A stretch of 64,000 nucleotides of DNA from an uncultured Planctomycetota bacterium. GTDB taxonomy: Bacteria; Planctomycetota; Planctomycetia; Isosphaerales; Isosphaeraceae. The notes beneath the pieces were generated by a model. It was not told the origin of the DNA. It saw only the letters and a program-made list of their open reading frames with translations, and did no database searches. Below, in pieces: positions 40,004-51,316 of the stretch (position 1 is its first letter; each line of letters starts with the position of its first letter). Position numbers and translations under genes: made by a program. Location of the stretch: positions 1,728,001 to 1,792,000 of the forward strand of contig CAWGMQ010000003.1 in assembly GCA_963823665.1 (NCBI GenBank), given 5' to 3'.

Positions 40004-41758
40004 ATGTCGAGCGACAACCTGCTCCTTACTTCCCTATGGCTGGTGCCCTTGATCGGCATGGTTGCCGTTCTCTGCCTACCCAAACGGATTGAGCACGCCG
40101 CAAAATGGGTGTCCCTGGGGTTCACCTCGGCTACGTTCCTGATCACGCTCATTCTCCTGGCGGCCTACCTGGGAGGCGATGCGAGTACCGGCCCCGGCGC
40201 GCCCCTGACCGCACGAGCGGCGGCCAATACGCTCGCTGAAGATTCCGACCGCCAGTTCACCGTGGTGCAGGAGAAAGACGGAGATTTGATGGTTCGGCTG
40301 CCGTGGATCCCTATTTTCAACATCCAGTACTACTTGGGTGTCGACGGCATCAGCCTCAGCCTGGTCGTGCTCACCGGGCTGGTGAGCGTGCTCGCCTCGC
40401 TGGCCTCGTGGAATATCGATAAACATGTCAAGGGATACTATGCGCTCTATCTGCTGCTCACGACCAGCATGCTCGGCGTCTTCGTCTCGCTCGACCTGTT
40501 CTTGTTCTACGTGTTCTTCGAAGTGATGCTGCTGCCGATGTATTTCCTGATCGCCATCTGGGGCGGGCCCCGGCGCGAGTATGCCGCCATCAAGTTTCTG
40601 CTCTACACCTTGTTCGGCTCGGTCTTCATCCTGGTTGCGATCTTGATCCTCTACTTCTGGCAGAGCAACGTGTCGGTGACCGGGTTCACCGCCCATTCCT
40701 TCGACGCCGTCAAGATCGCGGCGATCGCCAGCAACTCGAGTTACTACCCCCGCTCGTTGCAGGGCTGGGTGTTCTTGCTCTTCTTCATCGGCTTTTGCGT
40801 CAAGCTTCCCTCATTCCCTTTCCACACCTGGCTTCCCGACGCCCACGTCGAGGCCCCAACGCCAATCAGCATGATCCTGGCCGGCATTCTGCTCAAGATC
40901 GGCGGCTATGGCCTGATCCGCCTGGCATGGCCGCTGGCCCCGGCCGGTGCCTACGACTGGTCCATGTACGTCGCCGTCCTGGGAGTCTTCAGCATCCTCT
41001 ACGGCGCCTTGGTCGCCATGGCGCAGACCGATTTCAAGAAGCTCGTGGCCTACAGCTCCGTCAGCCACATGGGATACGTCACTCTGGGAATGGCCGTGAT
41101 GGCCATCTTCGCGAGCGACGGGAGGACGGCCCTCGATCCTCGCTATTACGCCTACGGAGTCAACGGCGCCATGTATATGATGCTGGCCCACGGAATCACC
41201 TCGGCCGGCATGTTCTTCCTCGTCGGCGTCATCTACGACCGCGCTCACACACGCGACTTGAATAAATTGGGCGGTCTGGGCAATATCATGCCCCTCTATG
41301 CAGCGCTTTCGTACATCATTTTCTTCGGCTCGATGGGGCTGCCGGGGCTTTGCGGGTTTGTCGCTGAGGTGTTTGTTGTGATCTCGGCGTTCAATTACAG
41401 TCCGCTGCTGGCCATTCTGGCCGCCGCGGCCGTGATTCTGACCGCCGGCTACATCCTTTGGACAGTACAGCGTGTGTTCCTGGGCCGGAGCGAGACGTGG
41501 AAGGGCTTACCCGACCTGAATGGGCGCGAGATCGGGATCGCCATTCCGCTGGTGGTCCTCACGATCGCGATGGGGATCTTCCCGCAGCAGCTCATCCTGA
41601 GCTGGATGGGGCCATCCGTGGACCAGGTCGTGCACTCGGTGACCACGGCCCGGGAAATCAACGCCCAGCGCCGCGCCGTGGTCCAACACGATGACTCGCC
41701 CGCAAAATCTGTAGCAGGCACACTCCGTGTGCCGCCCGCTGTCGCGCAGGCGAAATAA
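40004..41758 (+). CDS. nuoM: NADH-quinone oxidoreductase subunit M
   Basis: 'GVDGISL', 'FYVFFEVMLLPMYFLI', 'PFHTWLPDAHVEAPT', 'KKLVAYSSVSHMG'. Confidence 0.95.
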   Translation: MSSDNLLLTSLWLVPLIGMVAVLCLPKRIEHAAKWVSLGFTSATFLITLILLAAYLGGDASTGPGAPLTARAAANTLAEDSDRQFTVVQEKDGDLMVRLPWIPIFNIQYYLGVDGISLSLVVLTGLVSVLASLASWNIDKHVKGYYALYLLLTTSMLGVFVSLDLFLFYVFFEVMLLPMYFLIAIWGGPRREYAAIKFLLYTLFGSVFILVAILILYFWQSNVSVTGFTAHSFDAVKIAAIASNSSYYPRSLQGWVFLLFFIGFCVKLPSFPFHTWLPDAHVEAPTPISMILAGILLKIGGYGLIRLAWPLAPAGAYDWSMYVAVLGVFSILYGALVAMAQTDFKKLVAYSSVSHMGYVTLGMAVMAIFASDGRTALDPRYYAYGVNGAMYMMLAHGITSAGMFFLVGVIYDRAHTRDLNKLGGLGNIMPLYAALSYIIFFGSMGLPGLCGFVAEVFVVISAFNYSPLLAILAAAAVILTAGYILWTVQRVFLGRSETWKGLPDLNGREIGIAIPLVVLTIAMGIFPQQLILSWMGPSVDQVVHSVTTAREINAQRRAVVQHDDSPAKSVAGTLRVPPAVAQAK

Positions 41759-41893
41759 CCGCTGCTGACCTTGCGTCAATTCCCGCTCCGGTGTACCTTG
41801 CGGCCCACCTCAGAACCGCCAGGAAGCGGGAATTCCCTGTCTATCGGTGCTCACAGGATGCGTTGAGCAGACGCAAGAAGGAGTCGTACATCG

Positions 41894-42457
41894 ATGCGAG
41901 CGAGGTCATGGATGGCCGCTCTCGTCCTGGTCGTCGGCACCTCGATCGCCGTCGGGCGCGCGATGCCGGCACTCGTGATGAGTCATGCCGACGACAAAGG
42001 AAAAGCCGACGACGCCCCGAAAGCCAAATCGCCTTCCGAAAGCGCTGGTTCCAAGACACCGGCAATCCGCGTCCCAGCCGCTCAGCTTGAGCTGTGCGTC
42101 GCCGGGCTGGGCTCTGAAGGCTGTGACGTTCAAGTCAAGCCCGGTAATGCGAGCTGCAAGTTCAGCGCGGTCTACAAGAAGCGCGGCGAAAACCATCTAT
42201 TCGTCCCCTCCGATGGCTATGCCAGCGTCCAGCTTCGCGACATCGAGCTTCGCGGCGCCGACCGCACGATCACGGTCGCCATCACCATCCGCGAAAAAGG
42301 CCAGGCGGCCAAGACGTTCTATCGCGGCTTCCGGCTCAAGTCCAAACCCGACGCCAACGATCGGGAGGCAACTTCTTCGGCCGCACCGACCTTTACGTGT
42401 TACTTGAGCTCTCCCTCCAAGATCGCGAAGTCCGAAGAGTCTCGCACTCGCAGATAG
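41894..42457 (+). CDS. hypothetical secreted protein
   Basis: AGGAG RBS, signal-peptide-like N-terminus, four Cys, beta-rich sequence. Confidence 0.65.
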   Translation: MRARSWMAALVLVVGTSIAVGRAMPALVMSHADDKGKADDAPKAKSPSESAGSKTPAIRVPAAQLELCVAGLGSEGCDVQVKPGNASCKFSAVYKKRGENHLFVPSDGYASVQLRDIELRGADRTITVAITIREKGQAAKTFYRGFRLKSKPDANDREATSSAAPTFTCYLSSPSKIAKSEESRTRR

Positions 42458-42538
42458 AGAGCGCGCTCGACGGTGATCGACGGTCCATCGCGGCAATGGC
42501 AAATCGAGGACGTCGCGGTTCTCGGTAATGGACTTGGA

Positions 42539-43859
42539 ATGAAAAAGCCCTTCCTGCCCCCCGGGCCGAAATACCCGGCCGCCCTTCAGGGCGCCTGGCT
42601 GACCTACCGGCCCTTCGGCTTCCTCGAGTGGTGCCGGGCCCATCATGGGGAGACGTTCACCCTCAAGCTTCCGTCTGTTGGCTCTGTTCCCATTTTCACC
42701 AGGCCCGACGACATCGAGCGCATCTTTGACCTCGACGGGACCGCGCTCTGGGGCGGGGCAGCAGGCGCCTCTGGTCGACTTCGCCGGTGATCGCTCGCTC
42801 ATGAAACTCGATGGTGCAGCCCACGACGATCATCGTCAGATCCTGGCAAAGGCGCTCAGGCCCTCGGAGCTGCCCGAAGGCGGCGAGGCGACGCTCGAGT
42901 GCATCCGCCAGGCTGTAGCCGCATGGCCGCTCGGCAGACGCTTCGACCTGGGCAAGGCCGTCGATCGGCTCGCACTGATGCTCGTATCGGATCTCGCCCT
43001 GGGCGTGGCGCCAGAGGAGCTCCTCGCCACCGCGTCGCAGACGCTCGACGGCTTGCGCCGCGCCGCTCGACCCATGGGCCTGCTTCGTAAGGCCCTGCCG
43101 CCGCCCGCGCGATCGCCGTTTCGCACACTGCGAAGCGTCGCCGAGCCGTACCTCGACTCGAAGCTCAATCGCATCGACCCACGATCTACGGCCCGTCCTT
43201 CCTGCGTCTTCGCCCGCATGGCGGCAGCTTGCTCGCGGCCTGCTGCAAGCCCGCAATTCGTCGGAGATGATGTCCGCGATGAGATGATGACGGTGCTCGT
43301 CGCCATGCTGGCCGGCTTTTCGTGCGGCCTGAAGCATGCCTTCTACTGGATTCTCCGCTCGAGCGGAACGCAGGACCGTGTGCGTGCCACCGCCGGGCAA
43401 AACCCGACAGCACCCACTGCTGCCGAGATCGCCCGCCGGCCATTTCTGGACGCCGTTTGCAAGGAGGTCCTGCGATTTTGCCCGGACATACCGTTCGCCG
43501 TCCGCAGGACTTGCACCCCTCTCGACCTGGGGGGATGGCGGCTGCCAGGGGCCGCCACGCTCGGGATCGGTATCTATCTCACCCACCGGCGAGCTTCCAG
43601 CTTCGACGATCCCAACCGGTTCCGGCCCGAGCGATTCCTGAGTGCCCGGCCGTCCCGGACCGAGTATCTACCGTTCGGAGGCGGACGTAGGGGCTGCGTC
43701 GCCGGCCCGTTCTATCTCTTCGTGCAAAAGCTGGTCCTCGCGGCCGCGTTCGAAAAGCTTCGATTTCGCCTTTGCGATCGGCGCGACAATCCGGTTACGC
43801 TCGTGGCCATCGTCTCCAGTCCATCACGGCCGCTCTGGGTCATTGCCGAGCGAGCCTGA
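42539..43859 (+). CDS. cytochrome P450 (atypical I-helix; frameshift near 42755)
   Basis: 'LPPGP', ExxR 'KEVLR', 'FRPERF', heme motif 'PFGGGRRGCVA'. Confidence 0.9.
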
Positions 43860-43907
43860 TCGATGGCGGGCGCCATCCGATCCCGCCGCCGCCACTGGAA
43901 AGGACCA

Positions 43908-45171
43908 TGCGCCGTTGAACGTGCTGCTCGTCACACTCGGCTCCTCCGGCGACGTGTTGCCGTACGTCGGAATCGGCCGAGCACTACGCGCTCGCGGCCA
44001 CGACGTGATGTTGCTTGCGAACTCCCATTTTGAAACGGTCATCCGGGAATGCGGGCTCGAGTTCACGGAGCTTGGGACCGAGGCCGAGTATCAATCGATC
44101 ACTTTGGACCCGTCGCTCTGGAGCCCGATCACAGGCGCACGCCTGCTCGCGAGCGACCTCATCCTGAGCAACATGCGGCGGACGTTCGAAATCATCGAAT
44201 CGAGAAACGTGCCCGGACAGACGGTGATTGCCGCGCCGTTCACCGCGTTTGGAGCGAGGATCGCTCAAGAACGGCTGGGAATTCCGCTCGTGACAATCTG
44301 CTTGCAGCCGTCGGCCTTGCGCAGCACCCGAATGCCACCGGTGATCAAGCCGCTTCCGCTCTCACGGCATTTTCACCCGGCGTGGAACAAGCTCTGCTTC
44401 AGCCTGGCCGATCGAGTCTTTTTCGACCCGCTCGTCCGCCGCCAGACCGACGCGCTGCGCCGGGAGCTGGGCCTCTCCGCCGTGCAGGGAAGCTTCACCG
44501 ATTGGTCGTTATCACCGTCGCGCACCCTCGGTCTCTTTCCCGACTGGTTCGCGCCGGAAGCGTTCGACTGGCCCAAGCCCGTGCGCCTCTGCCAGTTTCC
44601 CCTTTACGACGCGAGCGAACAAACTCCGCTGACGCCACAGGCAAGCGAGTTTCTTGAGTCCGGCGCGGCCCCGCTGGTCTTCACGCCGGGCTCGGCCATG
44701 AGGCACGCGTCGCAGTTTTTCGCGGCTGCGGTCGAAGCCTGCCGTCTGTTGGGCGTCCGTGGCGTGCTTGTCTCACCGTTTCCAGATCACCTTCCGCCCG
44801 ACTTACCGCCCTACGTGCTGACACACGGCTGGTTCCCGTTCAGCCGGTTATTCCCCCGCGCGGCGGCTGTCGTTCACCACGGTGGGATCGGCACGACCTC
44901 ACTGGCACTCCAGGCGGCTGTGCCTCAGCTCATCATGCCGATGGCATTCGACCAGCACGACAATGCCCGCCGCCTCGAGCGCCTGGGAGTGGCCCGATCG
45001 CTTTCGCCGCGGAAGTTCCGGGGCCCTGCCGTGGCACGGGCCCTGGGAGAGCTGATCGGCTCTCCCTCGCTCGCCACCGCGTGCCGGACCGCAAGCGAGC
45101 GACTGGAAAGCGAACCTTCGCTCGGACAAGCCTGCCGCTGGATCGAGCAGGCGGTCTCCGGCGGAGCATAG
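43908..45171 (+). CDS. GT1 family glycosyltransferase (RhlB/sterol-GT-like)
   Basis: 'TLGSSGDVLPY', 'VFTPGS', 'HHGGIGT', 'AFDQHDNA'. The ATG at 43908 follows AAGGA but is one base out of frame; the first in-frame alternative is TTG 43915. Confidence 0.9.
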
Positions 45172-45181
45172 CGAGCAACCG

Positions 45182-45628
45182 TCACTTCAACACGATCGGG
45201 TCCAGATGATTTTCCTGCGCCCGCACGGTGATCTCGATGTGCGAGCTGTCTTCGTCGGTGTACTTGAAAGGGAAAAGCGGTTTCTTGGACTTGGGGCCCG
45301 ACTGCAACTCCGGCGCTTCGATGCGCACCTTGTAGTCGCCCGGCGGCGCTCCGTCGCCTGACCCGCCCGTGACCACCTTGAATGTTCCATCCGGGGAAAT
45401 ACTCGCGCTGGGCGTGATCGGCAGGTCGCCTTTCGGGACGAACGAGATCACACCGCTCGAGAGCGGCTTGCCGTCGGCCAGCACAACCTTACCAGTCACC
45501 TCGTAAACCGTGAGCTTCGGCAGCCTGTCTGACTGACCGCACCCGGAGAGCCCCGCCAGCAAGACCACGCTCAACCACGCCGCAGCCGTTCGCGGGCGGA
45601 CCGCTGCGAACCTCTGTGAAACGCTCAT
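45182..45628 (-). CDS. carboxypeptidase-regulatory-like domain lipoprotein (DUF1559 partner)
   Basis: Lipobox 'LSGC'; 'VTGKV...DGKPL', 'DGAPPGDYKV', 'KY...S'. Confidence 0.85.
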   Translation of the reverse strand: MSVSQRFAAVRPRTAAAWLSVVLLAGLSGCGQSDRLPKLTVYEVTGKVVLADGKPLSSGVISFVPKGDLPITPSASISPDGTFKVVTGGSGDGAPPGDYKVRIEAPELQSGPKSKKPLFPFKYTDEDSSHIEITVRAQENHLDPIVLK

Positions 45629-45666
45629 GAGAGAATGCGACTCCTGTTTTAGATGAAAGAATTGAT

Positions 45667-45700
45667 CGGGCCGGCGGATCGAGTTCCCTCCGCCGGCCCG
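45667..45700. terminator. strong intergenic hairpin
   Basis: CGGGCCGGCGGA-N10-TCCGCCGGCCCG between the DUF1559 gene and its partner. May be an attenuator or mRNA stabiliser. Confidence 0.55.
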
Positions 45701-45726
45701 GTTGCATGCGACTGGCCAGATCGGCC

Positions 45727-46797
45727 TCAGTACTGGTCGGCCGAGATCGACTCGGCGCCATTGAGCGTGAGCAGGGAACGCAGTGCCACCAGGTTGACGG
45801 AGTCTTTGACGAAGTGAACGGAGCCGTCTCCGAAGAGCGCGTTCACACCGCTGGGGTGATACGAGAACGGCTCTTCATTGGGTCCGGCCTGGTTGCCGGC
45901 GGTCACCGTCGTCGTGGGCCAGGGCACGCCCTCGTTCGTCGGCATTCCTTTGTTGTTGGGCTGACCGGAGGTGCCGAACGCGGAGCCTGGGTCGGCCCAT
46001 CGCCAGAACCGGTGCCTGGCGGTTGGCCCTCCCGCCGGGCCCTGGCCGCGAATGACAGGATACATTCCCTCGAAATACTGACTCACGAACCGCTCGTCTC
46101 TGCCTGCGCACTCGATGATCATGATCGTGTTGCTCAGCCCGTCGGTAACCTCGCTGATAGCGGTCTTGCCGTCTTTTAGCAAGCCTTTCGCAGCCACCGT
46201 CTTGTTGCGATAAGGGACAATCGGTGTTGCCCCAACGCCGCCAATCTGAAGTGCACCGGCGACGACGTTGATGTCGGTGTACACCGACGGAGCGTAGTCC
46301 ATGTAGCCGTATCCCTGGCCCTGCGTGAGTTCGTAGGGCGAGGCGTTCGGGTCGGCCGCGCATGTGTCTCGCGTTGAAGAGCGAGGCGTGCTCGGGCACA
46401 GAAAAGCCTGAACTACAGGCGACATCGCCGTGAAATTCCCGCCGCTGGCGTCGTTGTATTCGTAAACAAAGTTGGCTGAGTTAAAAAGATTCGTGCCTTC
46501 CATGTAACCCAGAATACGTGCCTGCACACTGAATCCCGTGTCAGGAAACTGGACCGAAGGCGGGACCGTCGTCAGATTGATCGATTTGCACGCCGGCGGC
46601 AGCGCACTCTGGCCGCTCTCGTAATTGAGCAGGGCCAGCCCCAACTGTTTCAGATTGTTGCTGCACTGGGCGCGCCGCGCCGCCTCTCGGGCAGACTGCA
46701 CCGCCGGCAACAGAAGCGCGATCAGAACCGCGATGATCGCAATCACCACCAAAAGCTCGATCAGCGTGAATCCCCGTCGGCAAGACCTCGGCGTCAT
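45727..46797 (-). CDS. DUF1559 prepilin-type / H-X9-DG protein
   Basis: '[17 protein letters not shown]', 'VTDGLSNT', '[16 protein letters not shown]'. Confidence 0.95.
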   Translation of the reverse strand: MTPRSCRRGFTLIELLVVIAIIAVLIALLLPAVQSAREAARRAQCSNNLKQLGLALLNYESGQSALPPACKSINLTTVPPSVQFPDTGFSVQARILGYMEGTNLFNSANFVYEYNDASGGNFTAMSPVVQAFLCPSTPRSSTRDTCAADPNASPYELTQGQGYGYMDYAPSVYTDINVVAGALQIGGVGATPIVPYRNKTVAAKGLLKDGKTAISEVTDGLSNTIMIIECAGRDERFVSQYFEGMYPVIRGQGPAGGPTARHRFWRWADPGSAFGTSGQPNNKGMPTNEGVPWPTTTVTAGNQAGPNEEPFSYHPSGVNALFGDGSVHFVKDSVNLVALRSLLTLNGAESISADQY

Positions 46798-47265
46798 CAA
46801 TTCCTCTCCTTTTCCCACTAAGAACTAGCGGACATAACCCCATCCGGCATGTCACGGGGTTCAGTCTGATAATTTCGACCGAGCAAGTCAAGTATAATGT
46901 CGGTCGATCTAGTCAAGATTCTTGAAACGGTGATTTTTGGCACTTCACGCAGAATGCGCGAAGGGCCTCCTATGCTCAACGGATCGCGCAGGTCGTGGTT
47001 CACGACGACGGAGCGAACCGGCCTCCTGAACGTAAACGATTATTCACATTGGTTTAATGAAAAACGAATGCGCTTTCCCGATTTCGTTGGAACCGAGTGG
47101 TCGTGTGGGTTACGATCAAACCCTTCTTGAGCACGATCGTCGAATCTACGTGCGATTGACCGTGCATGATTGCATCAACGTCGGATCCCTGCGTCCGGCC
47201 TGCTCTGCTCATTCTTCGCGAGCCATCGCGGCTGGCCACGGTTGATTAAAGAGGGAAAGATCACC

Positions 47266-48315
47266 ATGCAAGGCACAGTAAATCGGAGGCATTTCATGGG
47301 CTCTACGGCGGCTGCGAGTCTGGCCACCCTCGCGATCGGTGCGATGGGGCAGAAGCCCTCCGGAGGCAAAAGACCGATTGTCGTGGCCAGCGGCAACGGC
47401 CTGCGCACCGTCGAAAAGACCATGGAGCTGCTGAAGGCCGGTCACGATCCGCTCGACGCAGCGATTGAAGGTGTGGCGATCGTCGAAGCCGACCCCAAAG
47501 ACCACTCCGTCGGATACGGCGGTCTCCCGAACGAAGACGGGATCGTCGAGCTGGACGCCGCCGTCATGCACGGCCCGACCCACGGCGGTGGCTCGGTCGC
47601 CTCGATCCGCAACATCATGCACCCTGCCGCGGTGGCCCGTATGGTGATGCAGCGCACGCGGCATTGTCTGATCGTGGGGGAGGGTGCGCTCCGGTTTGCT
47701 CGCGCGCACGGCTTTCCCGAGGTCGATCTCTTCACCGACGAGGCCCGCCGCATCTGGCTGCACTGGAAAGAAACCCGCGACGCCAAGGACGACTGGCTCC
47801 CTCCTCCCGATGCGAAGGTGGCTGCGTTTGTACGCGACATGGTGGCCAATCGCGTGACCGGCACGATTCACTGCTCTGCCCTCGACACCCACGGCGACCT
47901 GGGATGCACCACGACGACCTCGGGCCTCTCCTGGAAGATCCCAGGGCGGGTCGGCGATTCGCCGATCCTGGGCGCCGGGCTCTACCTCGACAACGAAGTC
48001 GGCTCGGCCGGTTCCACGGGTGTGGGCGAAGCCAATCTCTTGAATCTCTCAAGCTACCTGGTGGTCGAAGGCATGAGGCGCGGCCTCTCCCCCAAGGACG
48101 CCATCATGGAAACCTGCAAGCGAATCGCGACCACCAGCATTCGCGACCCCAAACGCCGCCGCCCCGACGGCAAGACCACGTTCCAGGTGTCGTTCTACGC
48201 CGTCAGCAAGGATGGTCGCTACGCCGGCGGATCCATCTATCCCGGCGGCAGGATGGCCGTACACGACGGCGAGAAAGCCAGGCTGGTACCGTGCGACCCG
48301 CTCTTCGAGAAATAG
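47266..48315 (+). CDS. Tat-exported Ntn-hydrolase, asparaginase-2 family (glycosylasparaginase-like)
   Basis: 'NRRHFMG' Tat signal; 'SVGYGGLPN..G.VELDA'; nucleophile 'GTI'; 'TTSGL..K.PGRVGDSPI.GAG'. Confidence 0.9.
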   Translation: MQGTVNRRHFMGSTAAASLATLAIGAMGQKPSGGKRPIVVASGNGLRTVEKTMELLKAGHDPLDAAIEGVAIVEADPKDHSVGYGGLPNEDGIVELDAAVMHGPTHGGGSVASIRNIMHPAAVARMVMQRTRHCLIVGEGALRFARAHGFPEVDLFTDEARRIWLHWKETRDAKDDWLPPPDAKVAAFVRDMVANRVTGTIHCSALDTHGDLGCTTTTSGLSWKIPGRVGDSPILGAGLYLDNEVGSAGSTGVGEANLLNLSSYLVVEGMRRGLSPKDAIMETCKRIATTSIRDPKRRRPDGKTTFQVSFYAVSKDGRYAGGSIYPGGRMAVHDGEKARLVPCDPLFEK

Positions 48316-48322
48316 GCCCGTT

Positions 48323-51224
48323 TCAATCCGCCTTCTCGACTGCACCTTGAGTCACCGCCTTGGAGGCGACTTCCTCGAAAGCTCGCAAACCGTTGTGTTG
48401 AGGTTCGCTCAGTGGCAGGGTTTTCGCGGTTCGACATGCGCGGAGCACCTCGTCGGCATTCCCTTCGAGCACGCAAAGGAGTGCCTTTCCGTACCAGGCC
48501 TCGCCAAGCTCAGGATCGAGTTCGAGAGCGCGGCGGTACGAGGTTTCTGCGCCCTGGAAGTCGAATGAAGCGAGGCAGGCGTCACCAATCCTGGCGAGTC
48601 GCAGGGCTTCTGAGGGCGCGTCCAGCGATCGCTCCCAGATCGCTCGCGCCGTGCGGGGATCGCCCACGTGCATCTCCGCGATCGCGAGACGCTCGGCTAG
48701 CGGCCAAGGCATTCCCCGTACCTGTGTTAACGACTCCGCCGCGACCCGAGTCACCTCCTCTGCCTGCGCATCAGACATACCTCGCAATTGATATGACTCG
48801 CTGAGTGACCGCAGAGTCGATCGGTTCTTTGGGCTTGATGCGAGGGAGCGCTTGAAACTGTAGGTCGATAGGGCCCACGGCAGCGCTGCCGCGGGATCCC
48901 AGAGATCCTTCGGAGCCGGCGGCCGAAGGCTCGACTCAAAGTAAAGCAGCTTCGTGCCATGGCCGAGGAGAGTCCAGGCACCCGACCAGTCGGGGCGGGA
49001 AGACAGCGACTTGCGGGCCAAGTCTTGCGAAAGAAGCGACGCCCCAAGACGCACTGAGGGAGAGGCCTGCCGCGCTCGGTTCAGCGCCAAAGCCAGTTCG
49101 ATAAGCGAACGCGATTCCGCGTAATCCTCTTCCGGCGTGTTCTTCAGAACCGACCGGCGGGCAAAGGCGAAGTGCCGCGCCGCGAAATTGACCGTCGGAT
49201 AGATTGTTTCCAGGTCAAACCGCGCCTGCGGAATAAAGGCAGACGCGAACTGGTCCCAGTAGACGCAGCGATAGCCGGTGCTCGCGAAGAGCGTCGCCTC
49301 CGCGCCCCCGTTCGACGGGTGATCGAGCATGATGAGCGGGTCGCCCATGCGTCCTACGAGTGCCAGCCACCGACGATCTCCGCGGTTCAGCCACGCGTCG
49401 GCAAGCCGATACGTTTCGAAGGTCGCCAAGCTGGGGACTTCCAGCCGCGCGTCCATGAACACTTTGCGCCCCGGCGAGTTGTGGTAGATATAGACTCCAG
49501 TCTGACCCAGGTTGAAAACGAGTGCCCGGTCGGGAAGTCCGTCTCCGCCGGCGAACCGCGCAGGCTTCGTGCGCGAACGTCAAGGGACGTTCCCGAAGTC
49601 CGAAATGAAGCAGATAGCCCGTAAGAGGAAAGAAGCGGTCGGTCACGACCAAGAAAAGCCAGGCTAGAAGAACGAGCGCCAGCCCAATCCGACCGCACAT
49701 TGAAGCGATGAGACGGCCTCGTCGGTATGGGACGTCGACCTGGAGAGCGGCCACCCATTCACTCACGTTCCACGCGAGAACCGTTCCCGCGACCAGTCCG
49801 AAAAAACTACTGTTGCGGTCGGCTGTCAATCCGAGATAACCGAATGCGACCGACAAAAACAGCCGGAAGGAATCGACTCCCGAGCGAATCAAAAGAACGA
49901 CCATCGGCAAACCGATCGAAAGCCCGGCGACCATCGGCCCGAACGAATGCGCTCCCGCTCGCCAGTCGATTAACGAATTGACCGGGCCGAAGAGGTAGCT
50001 GCGCAGCCAGTCGAGCCATATGGCGCAGGCCAGCGCTCCCGCCGCAGCGAGGATGCCAGCCCCACCCGACTTCAAGAAGAATCGTGCCGAGACAAACAAC
50101 CCGCCGAGAACCAGGAGTGCAGGAACAAAACGTGCGAACTGGACCAGCCAGCCTGGCACGCTGTTTCCAGGCAACCCAAAGCTCGCAATCAATACGAGGC
50201 TGGCCGCCAAGCAAAACGTCCCACCCCAGACGGCGGCTCGTGGGGATCGAAGACCGTTCGCCTTCTTCCATCGTCGCCATACTGCGGGGAAGACAAAGCT
50301 CAACGGGAGAATCATCAACAGAAACACCTGCGCAATGACATAAATTCGACCGGAAGCGCCCGCGATGCTCTCGCGTTGCAAACGCATTTGCAGGCTCATC
50401 ACCTCGTCGATCGAGTCCCGGTAGGCATTTGATGGATCGGTGATTTTAGGGAGCAATTCCAGCGGAAACAGGGCCCCCGAAATCCCGTAAGGATTGGCCA
50501 GACAGGCGATCCCCGCCAGAACCGATGCCGGAACGAGATAGGGCCATGGTGGCACACGTTTTTCATCCGTCATGCCAGAGTTTGCTCGCCAGAGCGTGAT
50601 CGACTGAACGAGCCTCGAGAACAAGTAGCCCAGAGTGACGACGATCCCGATCGCGAACAAGGAGTGGGTATTTACCCAGAGGAACATCACGACTGGTAGC
50701 GCCCAAGCCCAGGCAGGACGGATGTCGACTCGTAGCAGTAAAACGAGCAATACAGCAGTAAAGAGAAGCGAGAAACACTCCGGACGCGGGTCGAACCGGG
50801 TGCTCATCAAGAGGAGCGCCGGCATCCAGCACCAGAGGCTCACCCAGAGCGGCCAGGCTTGCCTCCGCGCCGTAGACGCGAGCAGGAACGCAAGGGCACA
50901 AACCCCGGAAGCCAGCAGAATCATTCCAGGAACACCGCCCATCGCGTGGACTCGCGCCAGAATCACTTGAAAACCCCAATGTAAGTCAATCCATGGCCGA
51001 TTTCCCGAAGAGAACGTGAATGGATCAAGGCGCGGCACCCGCCCCTGGGTGAGAATCCATTCCCCTGCTCGGACGTGCCACCAGACGTCCGTGTCAAACA
51101 TTTCAACACATCCAAGTAGCAATGCCAAAATACCCATGAGCGCGGCCAGCAGCGCGTCGATCGCGCGGCCGGCGCCCGGATAAGCGGAAACGGAAAATGG
51201 CGCTGTGCCCGTAGGCTGTACCAT
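48323..51224 (-). CDS. large polytopic membrane protein, GT-C-like, with C-terminal TPRs (frameshift near 49550)
   Basis: 'DTDVWWHVRAGEWI', 'DPFTF', 'WIDLHWGFQ', 'RPE', 'WVNTH', 'NPYG'; after the shift 'FMDARLE' and TPR 'YRRALELDP'. Confidence 0.7.
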
Positions 51225-51316
51225 TAATATGACCGCTGTTTCACGGGATGGTCGGGTACGGCAAAACCCTGACGCGTTCTGCCGATTCGTTCGGGGCGTA
51301 AGCAATCGGCCGTCAA

